A stretch of DNA of 37,588 bases from Nemertoderma westbladi. Taxonomy: Eukaryota > Animalia > Xenacoelomorpha. The DNA lies in assembly GCA_032718475.1 (NCBI GenBank), contig JAUCBJ010004692.1:1-37588 (forward strand), written 5' to 3'. The notes under the pieces are model-generated. The model did no database searches and was not told the DNA's origin. It worked only from the letters and a program-made list of their open reading frames with translations. The position numbers and the translations under genes were made by a program. Positions 1-11,686 of this stretch are shown one piece after another; positions within the stretch are counted from its first letter, which is position 1, and every line of letters starts with the position of its first letter.

Positions 1-899
1 GTTACTTGGTTACTTTAACTTACTTTATTACCGTTATTTAAGCAGTAATCCAACTGATATTGAGACCTAATGGTTGTATGGTAGGCCTACTATTTATAAA
101 TCGTTAGATTTGATTTATAATGTATTTATACCCGTTTTAATGGGTTTAGTCAATGTTTGAAATAAATGTTATTATTTCTGGGGTAATCACTACACAAAGC
201 GGTGCGCTTTTAGTGAAGTGTTACGTATAGGACACTAAAACAAATAATTCTAATTTACCTAAGTTACTTAATACTACAAATTACGTACAATTCGGGTGAG
301 ATTACAATCTCTAAATAAACACAAAAATTTACAAAAACACAAATACGAATTTTTAGGGTAATTTTACAAGAAGTCTACAAACCAGCCTAACAAAGGGTTA
401 GAAAACTGATTATTACAACGGACAGGGTACTACGGTTTTTGAAATAATAAGTAGTAGTAAATACACTGCGTTGTCTAGATAGAAAAATACCACCGCCTGA
501 CGACCTATAGCCGTATCGCTATAGGTTCTACGTTATGTATCACGGAGTGTTCCTACCTAGAAGTTAATAGAGCTAATCGAATGTGCCTATCAACCACTTT
601 ACAACACAAATATAATGCCTACACTAATTACTTCGGAAAGTACTGTACACTAAACCCTAAATTAGGTACGAGTACTTGTACAACAGATAATCAGTAGTTA
701 AATATACTTGAACAGCTAAAAGAACCACGGCATCTGCTGGAGTGACCGATGCACAAAATCACCAGTCTTTACCTACGCCGAGCAGCCCGTGTAGTACCGG
801 GGTTAATTTAACTATAGCGGTATGTATAACAAACACAATTACTGTAGGAACAAACTTGGGGAATGAATGTTGCGGATAATCGCATAAACTCTGAATAAT

Positions 900-1470
900 A
901 AATATTACGCTACGCGTACAAACTACTCAAACAAAATACAGACCGAACACTGACAGACTACTATCAAGCCTAAACAAACTACGGTATATGCAGACTCCGA
1001 AATGATTAGGGAGTATGCGCTCTAACCCAGTAGTGCGACTTATTCTTTAGTTGGGGGTTTACCTTACAGCGTTCGCTGCCCCTACTGCCTAACCGTACTT
1101 AATCGGACAGATGATCTACACACGCGGCAATCCGTTCAGACCTAATAACAGCCAGACAACTATCCAGCCACAAATTATCTAAATAAAATTATACGCTACC
1201 CGTACAGACTTACACAAACAAAGTACAGACCAAACGATGGCAGACTACTCTCAAGCCTAAATAAACTACAGGACATGCAGACTCCGAAATGATTAGGGAG
1301 TATGCGCTCTAACCCAGTAGTGCGACTTATTCTTTAGTTGGGGGTTTACCTTACAGCGTTCGCTGCCCCTACTGCCTAATCGTACTTAATCGGACAGGTG
1401 ATCTACACACACTGCAACTCGTTCGGACTTAACAGCAATCAGACAACAGCTCAGCCTACAAATTGTCTGT
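900..1470. repeat. Tandem duplication, period 287 bp, 2 copies, with a near-identical core
   Basis: 988-1092 is identical to 1275-1379 (ATGCAGACTCCGAAATG...CTACTGCCTAA), with only 2 mismatches out to ~1123/1410. The flanks of each copy are visibly more diverged. Confidence 0.9.
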
Positions 1471-2918
1471 ACAATCTGATCAGGCTTACACGCCTTCTGT
1501 TCAATACTGGCCTACAAACAAATAAAACTTGACAGAAATAAGTAAAAATCTCAATAAAAAACCAGGGCGGGCCCTCCCTGATTAATTATTAAGGCCTACC
1601 GGTATATAATTATCAAAATCGAATAATACTGCTGTACCTGTACTGCTGTAGGTACCGGTCCGGGTGGTTAGGTAGTCAGGCCTACTGGTACCGGTTCTGG
1701 CAGTTGGGCCTACTGACCTACAGATGTACCGGTTGACCGGTACTTTCAACTTTATTGCTTACTGCAATAAAGAAGCTATATCCTTTAATGTTCGCGCTTT
1801 CAGACCTTTGGCAGTTTAACCCGCCAAATTAAGATGTCCTCTAGATATTAAATCGTTTTTAGCCTATGACAAGTATTTGATTCACTACACTAGTCGAAAC
1901 CAATCTGTGCGCGATCATTCACCCGCTGGATATTCCCGGGAGATTGGGTTCGACGGTTTAATTTTATTGCTATGTAAGCCTAATGTATTATTCGACTGAC
2001 AGTATTATATAATCTCTGACAATATTATTCACCTTCGGTAATATTAACAGTTCCTTTAGGACGTGGCGCTTTATCTACATAAACAGAGTTATGACTTAAA
2101 CTACTCACAACGATATGGCTTAATTATAATTCACATATATGGCGCATTCTTTAGGAATGCTTCTTTAACAGACTCACTCATACACAATGCTGCACAATAC
2201 TGCACACTAATCTGCCGATCTTCACTGATTTTAGTCACATATAAAAGGAACACAGACTGACTCATGTAGGGTCTATCAAATAACATTAGATTCACTTCAA
2301 ACCACTTTAACATAAGTCACAATCGTTTATCTGTAACCTTTCTCTCTTACCTTCGGTACATCAAGAATATTGGGTGTCGGGGTTATTTCTCGTTATTCCA
2401 ATATAATAATTCATCAACAAATATAATGAATAACCGACAACAAATAGCAGTATGCAGTATTCACAAAGCCAGTTATTAAAGGCCGTGACTATGGTGTGTC
2501 AAATGCGAGTTAAATGCGAGGTGCAGTTAAAGGATATATGTCCTTATAATTAAACCTACTAGTGTTGCGCTAAAAAGCAGAAAACATAAAACACTAAAAA
2601 GCCGTTCTTTCGTGGCTTTGAAAAACTCGTGACTACTGCTCTATACGAGGATACCAACTCCCTTATTCCACGAAGCTCCCGTTCAACACAGAGAAAGAGC
2701 AGTGAGATAGGAAATTTTCAGTTCAGCAGCTCTGTGATAGGTCAAAATCAAGGCTAACTCAAATTCTATTGGGAGATACAAAAACAAGGTTATGACGCAA
2801 CCTCCCTAGGCTTGTTGGCCGATTAAACAGAGCCCAGATGCCTGCGTACAGCAAATCAGCCAATAAGCTGGTAACTTGCACTATTTTTAACTATAGATCA
2901 CTTTGAGAGTATTCTTAG

Positions 2919-5480
2919 CGACTGGGGGGGAACTGGCCAACAAGGCAAACGAATCAGTTATCCCACAAAAGCTTTTACACTGGTAGTAGTAATTTAAATT
3001 TAAATTCAAATAATAACATTAACTCAAATATTCAGAATAATTCAAATAATTCGAGTAATAATTTAAATTTTGAAAATAATAATAATTCTAATTTAAATAA
3101 TTTAAATAATAATCCCGTTTCAAATTCTAACAATTTAATTGATTTAACGAATAATATTGGGAATGGTGCTATTAATGTGAACGTGTCAGACGTGTATAGC
3201 CCGGCAGACGGCGGCCTGGTAGGCCACGTAGCTAGTAGGCAGGAAGTGGCAGGGTTGAGCCAACCCGACTGCGGCCTGGTAGGCCACGTAGTTGGTAGGC
3301 AGGAGGTAGCGGGGTTGAGCCAACCCGAGGTGGGCCTGGTGGGCCACGCAGTAGTAGAGAGAGAGGCGGGGGTGAATAGACCCAGCCGTAGTAGAGACAG
3401 CGTGTCGACTAGAGAGGGGTGTAGAGACGAAGTAAGAGATAGTGAAGCTAGAAGTGGCGAGTGGGGGGGGGGGGGCTACGAGCGCCCCACCACATAAGAT
3501 TAGTGGCGAGAGAGGGGGGGCAGAGAATGCCCCACAAGAGGGGTGTAGAAGTGTAGTAAGAGGTAGTGAAGTTAGAAGTGGCGAGTGGGGGGGGGCTACA
3601 GGAGCCCCACCACAGAAGATTAGTGGCGAGAGAGGGGGGGTAGAGAGTGTCCGGCAAGAGGGACGCAAAAGTGCAGTAAGAGATAGTGAAGTTAGAAGTG
3701 GCGGGTGGGGGGGGGGGCTACGGACACCCCACCGCGAGAGATTAGTAGCGAGAAGGGGGGGGGGGGGCAGAGAGTGTCCCACAGGCGTCGGCGGATAATG
3801 CGCGGGCCGAGCTAGGTAAACCGCAACACCCGGCGACGGAGAGTAATAGGGGGATTGCGAGTATCCCCAGCGGCGTGCGATCGAGCAGAGAGAGGCAGGT
3901 TGACGTCGCGAGAGGGCAGACGAAGCATCAAGCCCGACCAGAAGAGGGGAGAAGAACAGTGGAGTTTAACCGGGAGGTCGACGAGAGATCTCACGAGCGG
4001 GAATACTGCACTGTGAAGAGAAGAAGAGAAGATAGTAAAAGAAGTGTCGCCACGAATGATAGGAGTGTGAGGACGGATAGCGGACCGTCGATAGTAGAGA
4101 TGGAGTTAGGGAGTCAGTGGGGTCGAACTTCGGGAGATTGCCTTCGCCCCGGAGAAACGCACCGCACGCCAAGAGAGGGGTACAGGACGTACCGATATAA
4201 AGTTGAGAACAGGAGAGGGGATCGAAGAGAAGCTTCCCGACGGGATACAGCTGCCGATCGAGAGTGCGGTAGTCGCCGGGAGATTCGAGATTGGCGAAGA
4301 TTAAACTTCGGCTCGAAAGGGCACATGCAGACTGCAGGACATACTGTAGGCCTTACTGCACATACTATTATAGGCCCTGCTGGGAGAGATAGAGTAGGCG
4401 ATAGGGTAGCGCGAACGACGGGATTAAACCCGGAAGCCGTGGAGTACATACCGGTAGGTAGGCAGGAAGTGGGTAGGCCTATATCGGTACAGCAGCATGA
4501 CTATAATACACAGGGACATAACATATATCCAGGGGAGGGGAGAGTTATTGGAGATAGACGTATGGGCCCCAATATATTAACATCAACCCCAGTACCAAAC
4601 ATACTGGCCGGGGGGGGGGGGACAGGGTGACATTCCCCCATCACAATATCGACAATATACCCCAATAGGAGCAAGAACATCGAACTCCCTGGACGAGAAC
4701 AGGTCGTGCGGACAGTCGCTACCACACGCGGCCATACAGGGGACTGCTAGTCCACAGTTAGCTGGTAGCAGGGCCACACCGTGGCAGGGACAGAAAGAAA
4801 ATAACACCAAAAATAAACACAATCCCAATATACCCAGTAGGCCGAGTCTAGACAATCGAAACACTAAATCGCTACATATAAACCTACGCGCGATACGTGA
4901 AGGACTATACAGGAAACGCTATAATCCAGGATTCGGATGTCAATTACATCGGGACAGAACCCATAAGACCAGGAGTTGTAAGTACTGGCAAGCGTTGCCC
5001 AAACGAGATCGTGTAGCCTACACAGACGCAAACGGACTATGTCATCGATGTGTGGTAAAAGGACACAGATCCGGAGAGTGTTGGAAAGGGAGAGGATGTG
5101 AAAGGACTAAACCAGGGGCAGAGAAGCCCATGAGCAAACATAAAGGAGTCGGGAAAGTAGAAAGAGGCGTGTTGCATACACACGCAGGACTGACACAGTG
5201 CGAGGGGGCATTACATGGGCAGACGCCGTGTATACCGAGGGACGAGCGGGGGTCGTCGAGGGCTTTAATGCCAGCGCACATACGAAGGGGGAGGCCAGCA
5301 GAGGTAGTACCGAAAAGAGTGTGGCGAAGAGTTAGAGAACGTATAGGAGGGCAGCGGGAGAGTGCCTACTGGAAGAAGGGGCACCTGAGAGTTTTTAGTC
5401 GTCCAAAGTTTTGGACTGAGGGGGGTGGGAATGAGGGCGAGACGCCCTTCCCACGCATAAAATATAAAATAATTATTTAA
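2919..5480 (+). pseudogene. Gag-like ORF fused to a BEL/Pao integrase C-terminal-like segment; frameshifted at poly-G tracts
   Basis: ORF-track pieces 3177-3497, 3442-3798 and 3875-4630 and the open frame ~4620-5480 join across G runs at 3463-3475, 3707-3717, 3755-3767 and 4610-4621. The product has an Asn-rich N-terminal part, repeated modules, CQLHRDRTHKTRSC..LPKRDR..NGLCHRCVVKGHRSGEC..C (BEL Gag knuckle pattern), then LTQCEGALHG..RALMPAHIRRGRP..WRRV..WKKGHL..RPKFW (resembles BEL IN end/DUF5641). Confidence 0.7.
3195..3780 (+). repeat. Coding tandem repeats inside the gag-like ORF (~60-bp unit x3, then ~120-bp unit x3)
   Basis: GGCCTGGTAGGCCACGTAG recurs at 60-bp spacing (GLVGHV repeats). 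GATAGTGAAGTTAGAAGTGGCG..poly-G..AGATTAGT modules occur three times. Confidence 0.85.
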
Positions 5481-5509
5481 TTAAAAATAATAAAATAATT
5501 AAATAATAA

Positions 5510-7080
5510 AGTAGGTAGAAGTTAGGTAGTAAGAGAGTAGTACCGTTAGTTAGTTAGAGCTAGTGAGAGGGTACGTAGTACCGTTAGCAGGGAGTGTTAG
5601 TAGAGAAGTTAGTTAGAGGGTATGTAGTACCGTTAGTTAGGTTAGTAAGAGGGTACGTAGTACCGTTAGTTAGAAAGAAAGTAGTAGCAGTAGTGGTTGT
5701 GGGCACCATAAGCGCCACGTAGGAAGTAGTAAGTAGAGTGGTTGTGGGCACCGCAAGTGCCACGTAGTTAGAGTTAGTAGGGAATGCGCTGAACTAAGTG
5801 GGGCACGGGCGTGATGAGGTGTTTGATGTAAGAGCAGGGTATGTTAATTAGGGTGGGTGCCGGGCACAAGAGGTGCCGGGCACAAAAAGAGTTAGTAGTA
5901 GAGTTAGTGGAGTTAGTAGAGAGTTAGTTGAGTTAGTAGAGAGTTAGTGGAGTTAGTAGAGAGTTAGTTGAGTTAGTAGAGAGTTAGTAGAGAGTTAGTA
6001 AGAGTTAGTAGAGAGTTAGTAGAGTTAGTAAGAGTTAGTAGTAGTTCACATAATTGACCTACCCACTCTGCCGGCATTCAGAGCGTCACGTGCAGGCGAG
6101 TAGATGTAAAGGAAGTAGGTTAGAGATAGAGTAGAGTAGTAGAGAGGGCACATAGGGTGCCAGAGAGTAGAGTAGTAGAGAGGGCACATAGGGTGCCAGG
6201 TAGTAGAGTTAGAGTATTAGAGGTAGTAGAGAGGGCATATAGGGTGCCAGAGAATAGAATAGTAGAAAGGGCACATAGGGTGCCAGGTAGTAGAGTAGTA
6301 GAGACTGCACATAGGGTGCCAGAGAGTAGAGTTAGTAGAGCTAGTGGAGTAGAGTTAGCAGAGCTAGTGGAGTAGAGTTAGTAGAGCTAGTTAGTAGAGT
6401 TAGTAGAGCTAGTGGAGTAGAGTTAGCAGAGCTAGTGGAGTAGAGTTAGTAGAGCTAGTTAGTAGAGTTAGCAGAGCTAGTGGAGTAGAGTTAGCAGAGC
6501 TCGTGGAGTAGAGTTAGTAGAGCTAGTTAGCAGAGTTGGTAGAGCTAGTGGAGTAGACTTAGTAGAGAGTTAGTAGCGGAGTTAGAAGTAGTAGAGAGGG
6601 CACATAGGGTGCCAGGTAGTAGAGTTAGAGTGTTAGAGGTAGTAGAGAGGGCACATAGGGTGCCAGAGAGTAGAATAGTTGAGACGGGCACATAGGGTGC
6701 CAGGTAGTAGAGTAGAGAAGAGAGGGCACATAGGGTGCCAGGTAGTAGAGTTAGAGGTAGTAGAGTAGTAGAAGGGCACATAGGGTGCCAGATAGTAGAG
6801 TGGTTGTGGGCACCGCAAGCGCCACGTAGAAGGAAGTAGTAGTAAAGGGGTTGTGGGCACCGCAGGCGCCACGTAGTTAGAAGAGTGGGTAGAGTTAGGG
6901 AGTTCTAGTTAAAGGGCTAGAGAGTTGGTAGACTTAGAGGAGTCAAGTAGAGTTAGTAGAAGTAGAGAGTTAGTAGGAGTTAGTTAGACTTAGTAGAGCT
7001 AGTTAGAGTCGGAGAGTTAGTAGAAAGTAAGATAGTTAGATAGTTAGCAAGTAAGTAGTAGGTAGATAGTATGATAGCAC
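5510..7080 (+). repeat. Composite purine-rich simple/minisatellite block
   Basis: Sub-arrays: GTAGTACCGTTAG x4 (5537-5670); GGTTGTGGGCACC..GCCACGTAG x2 (5692-5768) and x2 (6800-6876); (GAGTTAGTA)n 5889-6045; GGGCACATAGGGTGCCAG ~10 copies (6141-6325, 6593-6792); AGAGCTAGTGGAGTAGAGTTAG 6337-6560. Confidence 0.9.
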
Positions 7081-7501
7081 AGGGGTAGCATTAGAGATTA
7101 GGGCCTTAGGGAGTGAAAGAGAGATAGCAAGAGGTGGTGTGGAGATAGTGTGGAGAGAGTGTGGGCGCAATTCAAGCGTGGGGGGAGAAGTGAGAGGAAG
7201 AGTGAGGAACGAGGAGGTCCGGGAGTGTGGAAGAGTTAGGGTGAAGGTGTTGGGGAAACAAAAGTTGTGTGAGAGAAGCGCACGACCGGCCCAACACGGG
7301 ACGCCAGATGTCTTGGTACAAAATAGGTAGAGTTGTACCAAGATGGGGTAGCAATATCATACCCATAGGGAGCGGCCTGGAAAGCCGGCTCCGAAAGAAA
7401 ATAGACCCACCCCACACCAGATACTAGATCGGGATCCAGCGGAATTGTAGCGCACTTGAGTTGGATGCTATCTTCTCACCAGGAAGATAGCATGGGGGGA
7501 G

Positions 7502-8006
7502 TGTTAGCTTATCCAATTCCGCTAACACAAACCCATAGAGTAAACCATTAAGCAATATTGGGGGCCACGAGGTTGGTTACCCAATCTCGTGTCACCCCAA
7601 CAAAGTGGGAAGGAGAAACACACAATGGGGGTCAGGGGCCAAACCCCTAACCGAGAGAGAACAGAGGGAGTGAAGGGAAACACTCCAAAGGGTGCCAACA
7701 GGGATATTAGCCAATCAGGGGGGAAGCATCGACTGGGTAATGCAATGAGGCCAACCCGTGCAGTATATATTACCTGTCATCATGTCATTGTAGTTAGTTT
7801 ACTCAGTAGTTATCCCAGTACAGTCAGGTAGTACGGTGACAGTCAAGACCGTCACCGCGCGCCGTCACCCATATTACCTGTCATCTATTCAGTCATTGGC
7901 GCTATCTGTTATCATACCTACATATCTATATATCTACATTATATCTATACTGGAACAACAAACTCCTTTTCTATCACACGGTGCGGCTGACGCATACGAA
8001 ACAACA
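7502..8006 (+). repeat. Putative 3' LTR (~500 bp), TGTT...AACA
   Basis: Starts TGTT immediately after the polypurine tract and has a TATA-like TATATAT near 7764. Candidate AACA ends at 8003/8006 (alternative CA at 7978). No second copy in the window to confirm. Confidence 0.6.
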
Positions 8007-8095
8007 CCGGATAAACCGGGATCCTCTCGGATCCCGTCACACCCAATGTCTCACTTAACCATCAGATTGAATCGCTGTCTGCCAAACTTAATGAT

Positions 8096-8860
8096 ATGCA
8101 CACTTTCCTTTTGGGTCAACCCGAAAGTAGAGCTAGTAAATCGCCGAACGAAGTATCAGGTGAGGATGGCCACGGGAATTCCGACTCGCAGTGGATAACC
8201 CAAGGCCCTAGGAAATTGCAGAAACATTCCAAATCGGTATCGTTGGACAAGGGAGCAAGTTTCGAGGACAAACTTCAACATTGCGTTAAGAAAGCAATTA
8301 AATCAAACAACGATGAACTGGAATCTAAATGCACGCTTTTCGCGGAGAAGTTGGAAGAGACTACCTCCCCCAAAGACGACCATCTGGCGGTTGATCGTCT
8401 CCTAGCCTACCTTGAGTGTTCATCGGCAACCGTTACTAGTGTTCGACGGCTTAGAAGAGCACCTCAATCCAAAAGTCCAGGTCTCATTGAAGTCGTATTC
8501 TCATCGATGGCAGACTGCGATAAGGTTATGGGGAATAGACAGAGCCTCGCCTCATCGGAGGAATTCCGTCGCACGTTTATCCACCCCAGTTTATCTGAGA
8601 ATGTTTGCAAAGAATGGGACATCCTTCGCGCGCACTCCTTTATAACGTATTCTGTCGACAACTCGTCGTCGCTATTCGCTGTCTATAATAATCGAACCGA
8701 ATCGTACTGCCTTCGAAAGCGACTCAACGGAAAGATCGCTTGGCGGTCCGATATCCAGCTGTCAAGTGAGGAGCGGAAAATAGCCTCTGATCATGTCTCG
8801 TCGATGAAACGATCACCTCGTGGCCAGGTGAGACAACCACCACAAGCGGCCGGATCGTCC
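8096..8860 (+). pseudogene. Non-LTR retrotransposon ORF1-like fragment (RRM-type), 3' end replaced by a repeat
   Basis: VTSVRRLRR..SPGLIEVVFSS..KVMGNRQSL..TFIHPSLS matches the general 'RLG..RPL.V.F....VL....L....IFI.PDLT' pattern of CR1/L2/Jockey ORF1. No ORF2 follows. Confidence 0.55.
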
Positions 8861-9284
8861 ATCAGTATGGTGGCCCATGGCTGCCACTATAAAACTCTTG
8901 ATAAAATATTTAAATAATAAATTTAAGTGGAAAAAATATCTTGAAAAAAAAAATTAAAAAAAATCTTAAAAAAGAAATAAGTAAAATAAAATATCTTAAA
9001 AAAAATCTCAGTAAAAAATATCTTGAAAAAAAAGGTAAAAAAATACCCCACGTGGCCCAGGGCTGCCATCACCCCATAATCAGATAACAGTTGGCCCATG
9101 GCTGCCATTAAAAAAACAAATAGTAAAAAAAAAATAAAATACCCCCCTCGTGGCCCAGGGCTGCCACTGCCCCCAGAATCAGTAATAGTATTGGCCCATG
9201 GCTGCCATTAAAAAAACCAATAGTAAAAAAAATAAAATACCCCCTCGTGGCCCAGGGCTGCCACTACCCCCAGGATCAGTAATA
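8861..9284. repeat. Three-unit tandem repeat of paired GGCCCA(T/G)GGCTGCCA motifs with A-rich spacers
   Basis: GGCCCATGGCTGCCA at ~8872, 9093 and 9193 alternates with GTGGCCCAGGGCTGCCA at ~9052, 9151 and 9248. Unit ~100 bp; the first spacer is expanded. Confidence 0.85.
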
Positions 9285-9684
9285 CACGTTCGTGGGGCCT
9301 TCGCGCAGCACGAGGCCCAGTTATGAGATACAAATTAAAATTGTGCGACTGTATCACAAAATCAGGTTATGAGAGATTAACCCACACCACCAATTAATCA
9401 AAGAAAGGGGGACAGTACGTGTTCACCCCTTTTAATCTGCACCCCCCCCTCCCCCACCCCCCCCTCCCCCACCCACCAATACATAACCGCGACATCTACC
9501 ACCCACGGAAGGGTAGCACGAACTTATTTCCAAACGCACGTTCAATATGCAAAGCCAGGTGGTTTATAGGAATATAATCAATGCAGTACTCGTCTTCATT
9601 ATAAGCCTCTTTGCGTTCGACCTGTTTTGTATTAAAATATATTTATTAAACGCAGGCTGACGCTCTTTATAATAATAATACCTA

Positions 9685-10055
9685 GGGATGCCAGCTTCCA
9701 GACTTTCAATCTTTACTGCCGCGCAAACCCCGCAGAGGAAGTTTTGGTTTGAGAGATCAAGCCCATCGGCAATTGGTGTTTCCATTTCGGTCCAGGAACT
9801 CTGACAATGGGAGCATTCAATCTTAGCTGTGGTCCATTCCCGTGGTTTCGGCTTCCTTTTCTTCGTCCCAATGACAGATTCTTCTGAAGACGTTCGATTC
9901 GCTTTCAGTTTATTGTTGGCGTTTGTGTTTTGAAGTTGTATTCGAGTGGACAGTCGCGCCGGTTTCGAGGTAACCACATCGACCTGTGATAAGCGTTGGT
10001 TTTGTTGAGTGCCGGTATTCATCTTCTCTCTCCTCTTCAATGTCAGATGTTGCAA
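9685..10055 (-). pseudogene. Possible 5' fragment of a CR1/L2-type LINE ORF1 with a degenerate PHD-like finger
   Basis: IECSHCQSSW...NFLCGVC followed by a coiled-coil-like start (KIESLE). Protein-like character is lost after IPR. Confidence 0.4.
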
Positions 10056-10439
10056 ATACTAATAACACGAATAACGGTATATACTTCAATACTTGTCAAT
10101 AGTAATATATATAATTTAGATAACTATTTTATATCTGTACTGTTGAGCAAACTCTACATAAATTTCAACCTGTGTATCGCCGGTAGTGCTGTTGCTGTGC
10201 AAGTGCTGAAGTGCTAGTTGCCACCGGTCACGCGGTCAGCCGGTACCGGTAGTAGGGTGGTACCATGGCCTACTACACACAGGCCATGACAAGGACTTTG
10301 CTGTGAAATTAGCGTAGGCTGACTGATGAATTATCAAATATTATATTTTCCATGAATGCAGGGTCCATATTTATAAGAAGATGACTAGATTTTCGTAAAG
10401 AATTTAATTGAGACAGTATTTAATAATTAATAAATTAAT

Positions 10440-11120
10440 TATCGCTCGAGTTCCTGCAGCTTTTATTCGTTTGTGGCTGCCTCTGGCTATGTTTGTGGCA
10501 GGAATATTTGAACGCTAATAAGTCGGTCAATCATGGATGAAATGGAACCAAACTTGGTACATATGTAGTCTATAAAAAATTTAGAAATTCTACACACAGA
10601 CAAACTTCTACAGTTCCCCGGGTTGCCGCTAGGGGGCGAATTAACTCAGATTGTGTTGTGTATTTTAATTATTTTTATCAGCCTCATCCACATATTCTAC
10701 CTCCATTATTAGCCATGTTTGGATTTTTAGTATTTTTAGATTCACCCCCCGAAATGTAATTGTATTTTGGTAATTTTTAAATTTGTCAGTCTACCTATCT
10801 TTTTAATTATTTTTAAGTTCATCAGCCTCAGCCCCCCATTTTGTATTTTAATCATTTTTTAGTTAATCAATCCACCACCACTTAAACTTCTCACCGCCAC
10901 AACTATAACCTACTTGAATTTTAATCATTTTTTAGATCGTCACTATCAACGCCCATTTCTAAATTTTTTTAAATATGTCAGTCCCTCCGCCTCATTCCAC
11001 CTGTATTTTAATCGTTCACCAATCCGTTCTGTTTGTATTTTAAATAATATTCATCGCCGCTGTATTTTGAATTTCACTGGGACCCTTATGGAAACGCGGT
11101 TCACCGCATAAGGCTATACC
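10440..11120. mobile_element. Probable non-autonomous DNA transposon/Helitron-like remnant
   Basis: Contains CCAAACTTGGTACATATGTAG (related motif on the opposite strand at ~23712 and ~28793), repeated TGTATTTTAAT units, and a terminal hairpin CCTTATG..GCGGTTCACCGC..ATAAGG near 11083-11113. Confidence 0.35.
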
Positions 11121-11555
11121 TCCATTTTAACGTTTGCAATTGGTACAGCTCATTAAGACTATTTTTAAACTTTTAATTAGGTAATCATAAATTGTGCTGA
11201 TTAGACAAGCCCGATATCATAGACGTTCACTACACAGCTACACTATTTTCAGTTACATTTTTATTTACTTTCAGTTTGATCAGTAGGCCCTATGATATTA
11301 CTTAATGAATTAAATACAGTAGTAACTACACGTACACTATACACTATTATATATTATTTACCAGTTCCTTATTTTAGTGTTTAATATGTAAATTGTTTTA
11401 TATTGTTAATCTGGAAAAAAATATCAATCAATCAATCAATCAATTGGACAGCCCGATTTACTTAAAACAATGTAAAATAAATTACCGGTGAATTAGGATT
11501 TACAGATTTATGTATATAGGCCTATTACTGTATTAAGTAATGTGCGTGCAGTATG

Positions 11556-11563
11556 TATAAAAG
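11556..11563 (+). promoter_or_regulatory. Candidate TATA box of the TRIM gene
   Basis: TATAAAAG ~130 bp upstream of the ATG, with TCAGT Inr-like sequence nearby at 11593. Confidence 0.45.
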
Positions 11564-11686
11564 TCAATCAATCAACCCACACAGCTTAACAGTCAGTACA
11601 ACACAACACAGACAGTGAGCTGATCAGTACACAGCAGTAGGCAGGTAGGCCTACTATGTACTACCAGTATCTGATCTGATCTTATA

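Larger units (their letters stand above)
1..8006 (+). mobile_element. BEL/Pao-derived non-autonomous LTR retrotransposon (5' LTR not in window; left boundary uncertain)
   Basis: BEL-type Gag zinc knuckles at ~4938-5100, an integrase C-terminal-like segment at ~5165-5415, a PPT (GGGGGGAG, 7494-7501) directly followed by TGTT, and strong + strand purine bias. No PR/RT/RH motifs seen. Confidence 0.65.

Noticed and set aside
6157-6872. Short repeat-peptide ORFs (VERAHRVP)n
   Set aside because: They derive from the purine-rich minisatellite and are flanked by frequent TAG stops.
10323-10345. CTGATGA as a hammerhead ribozyme core
   Set aside because: No stem II plus GAAA arrangement follows. The same holds for the CTGATGA near 22625.
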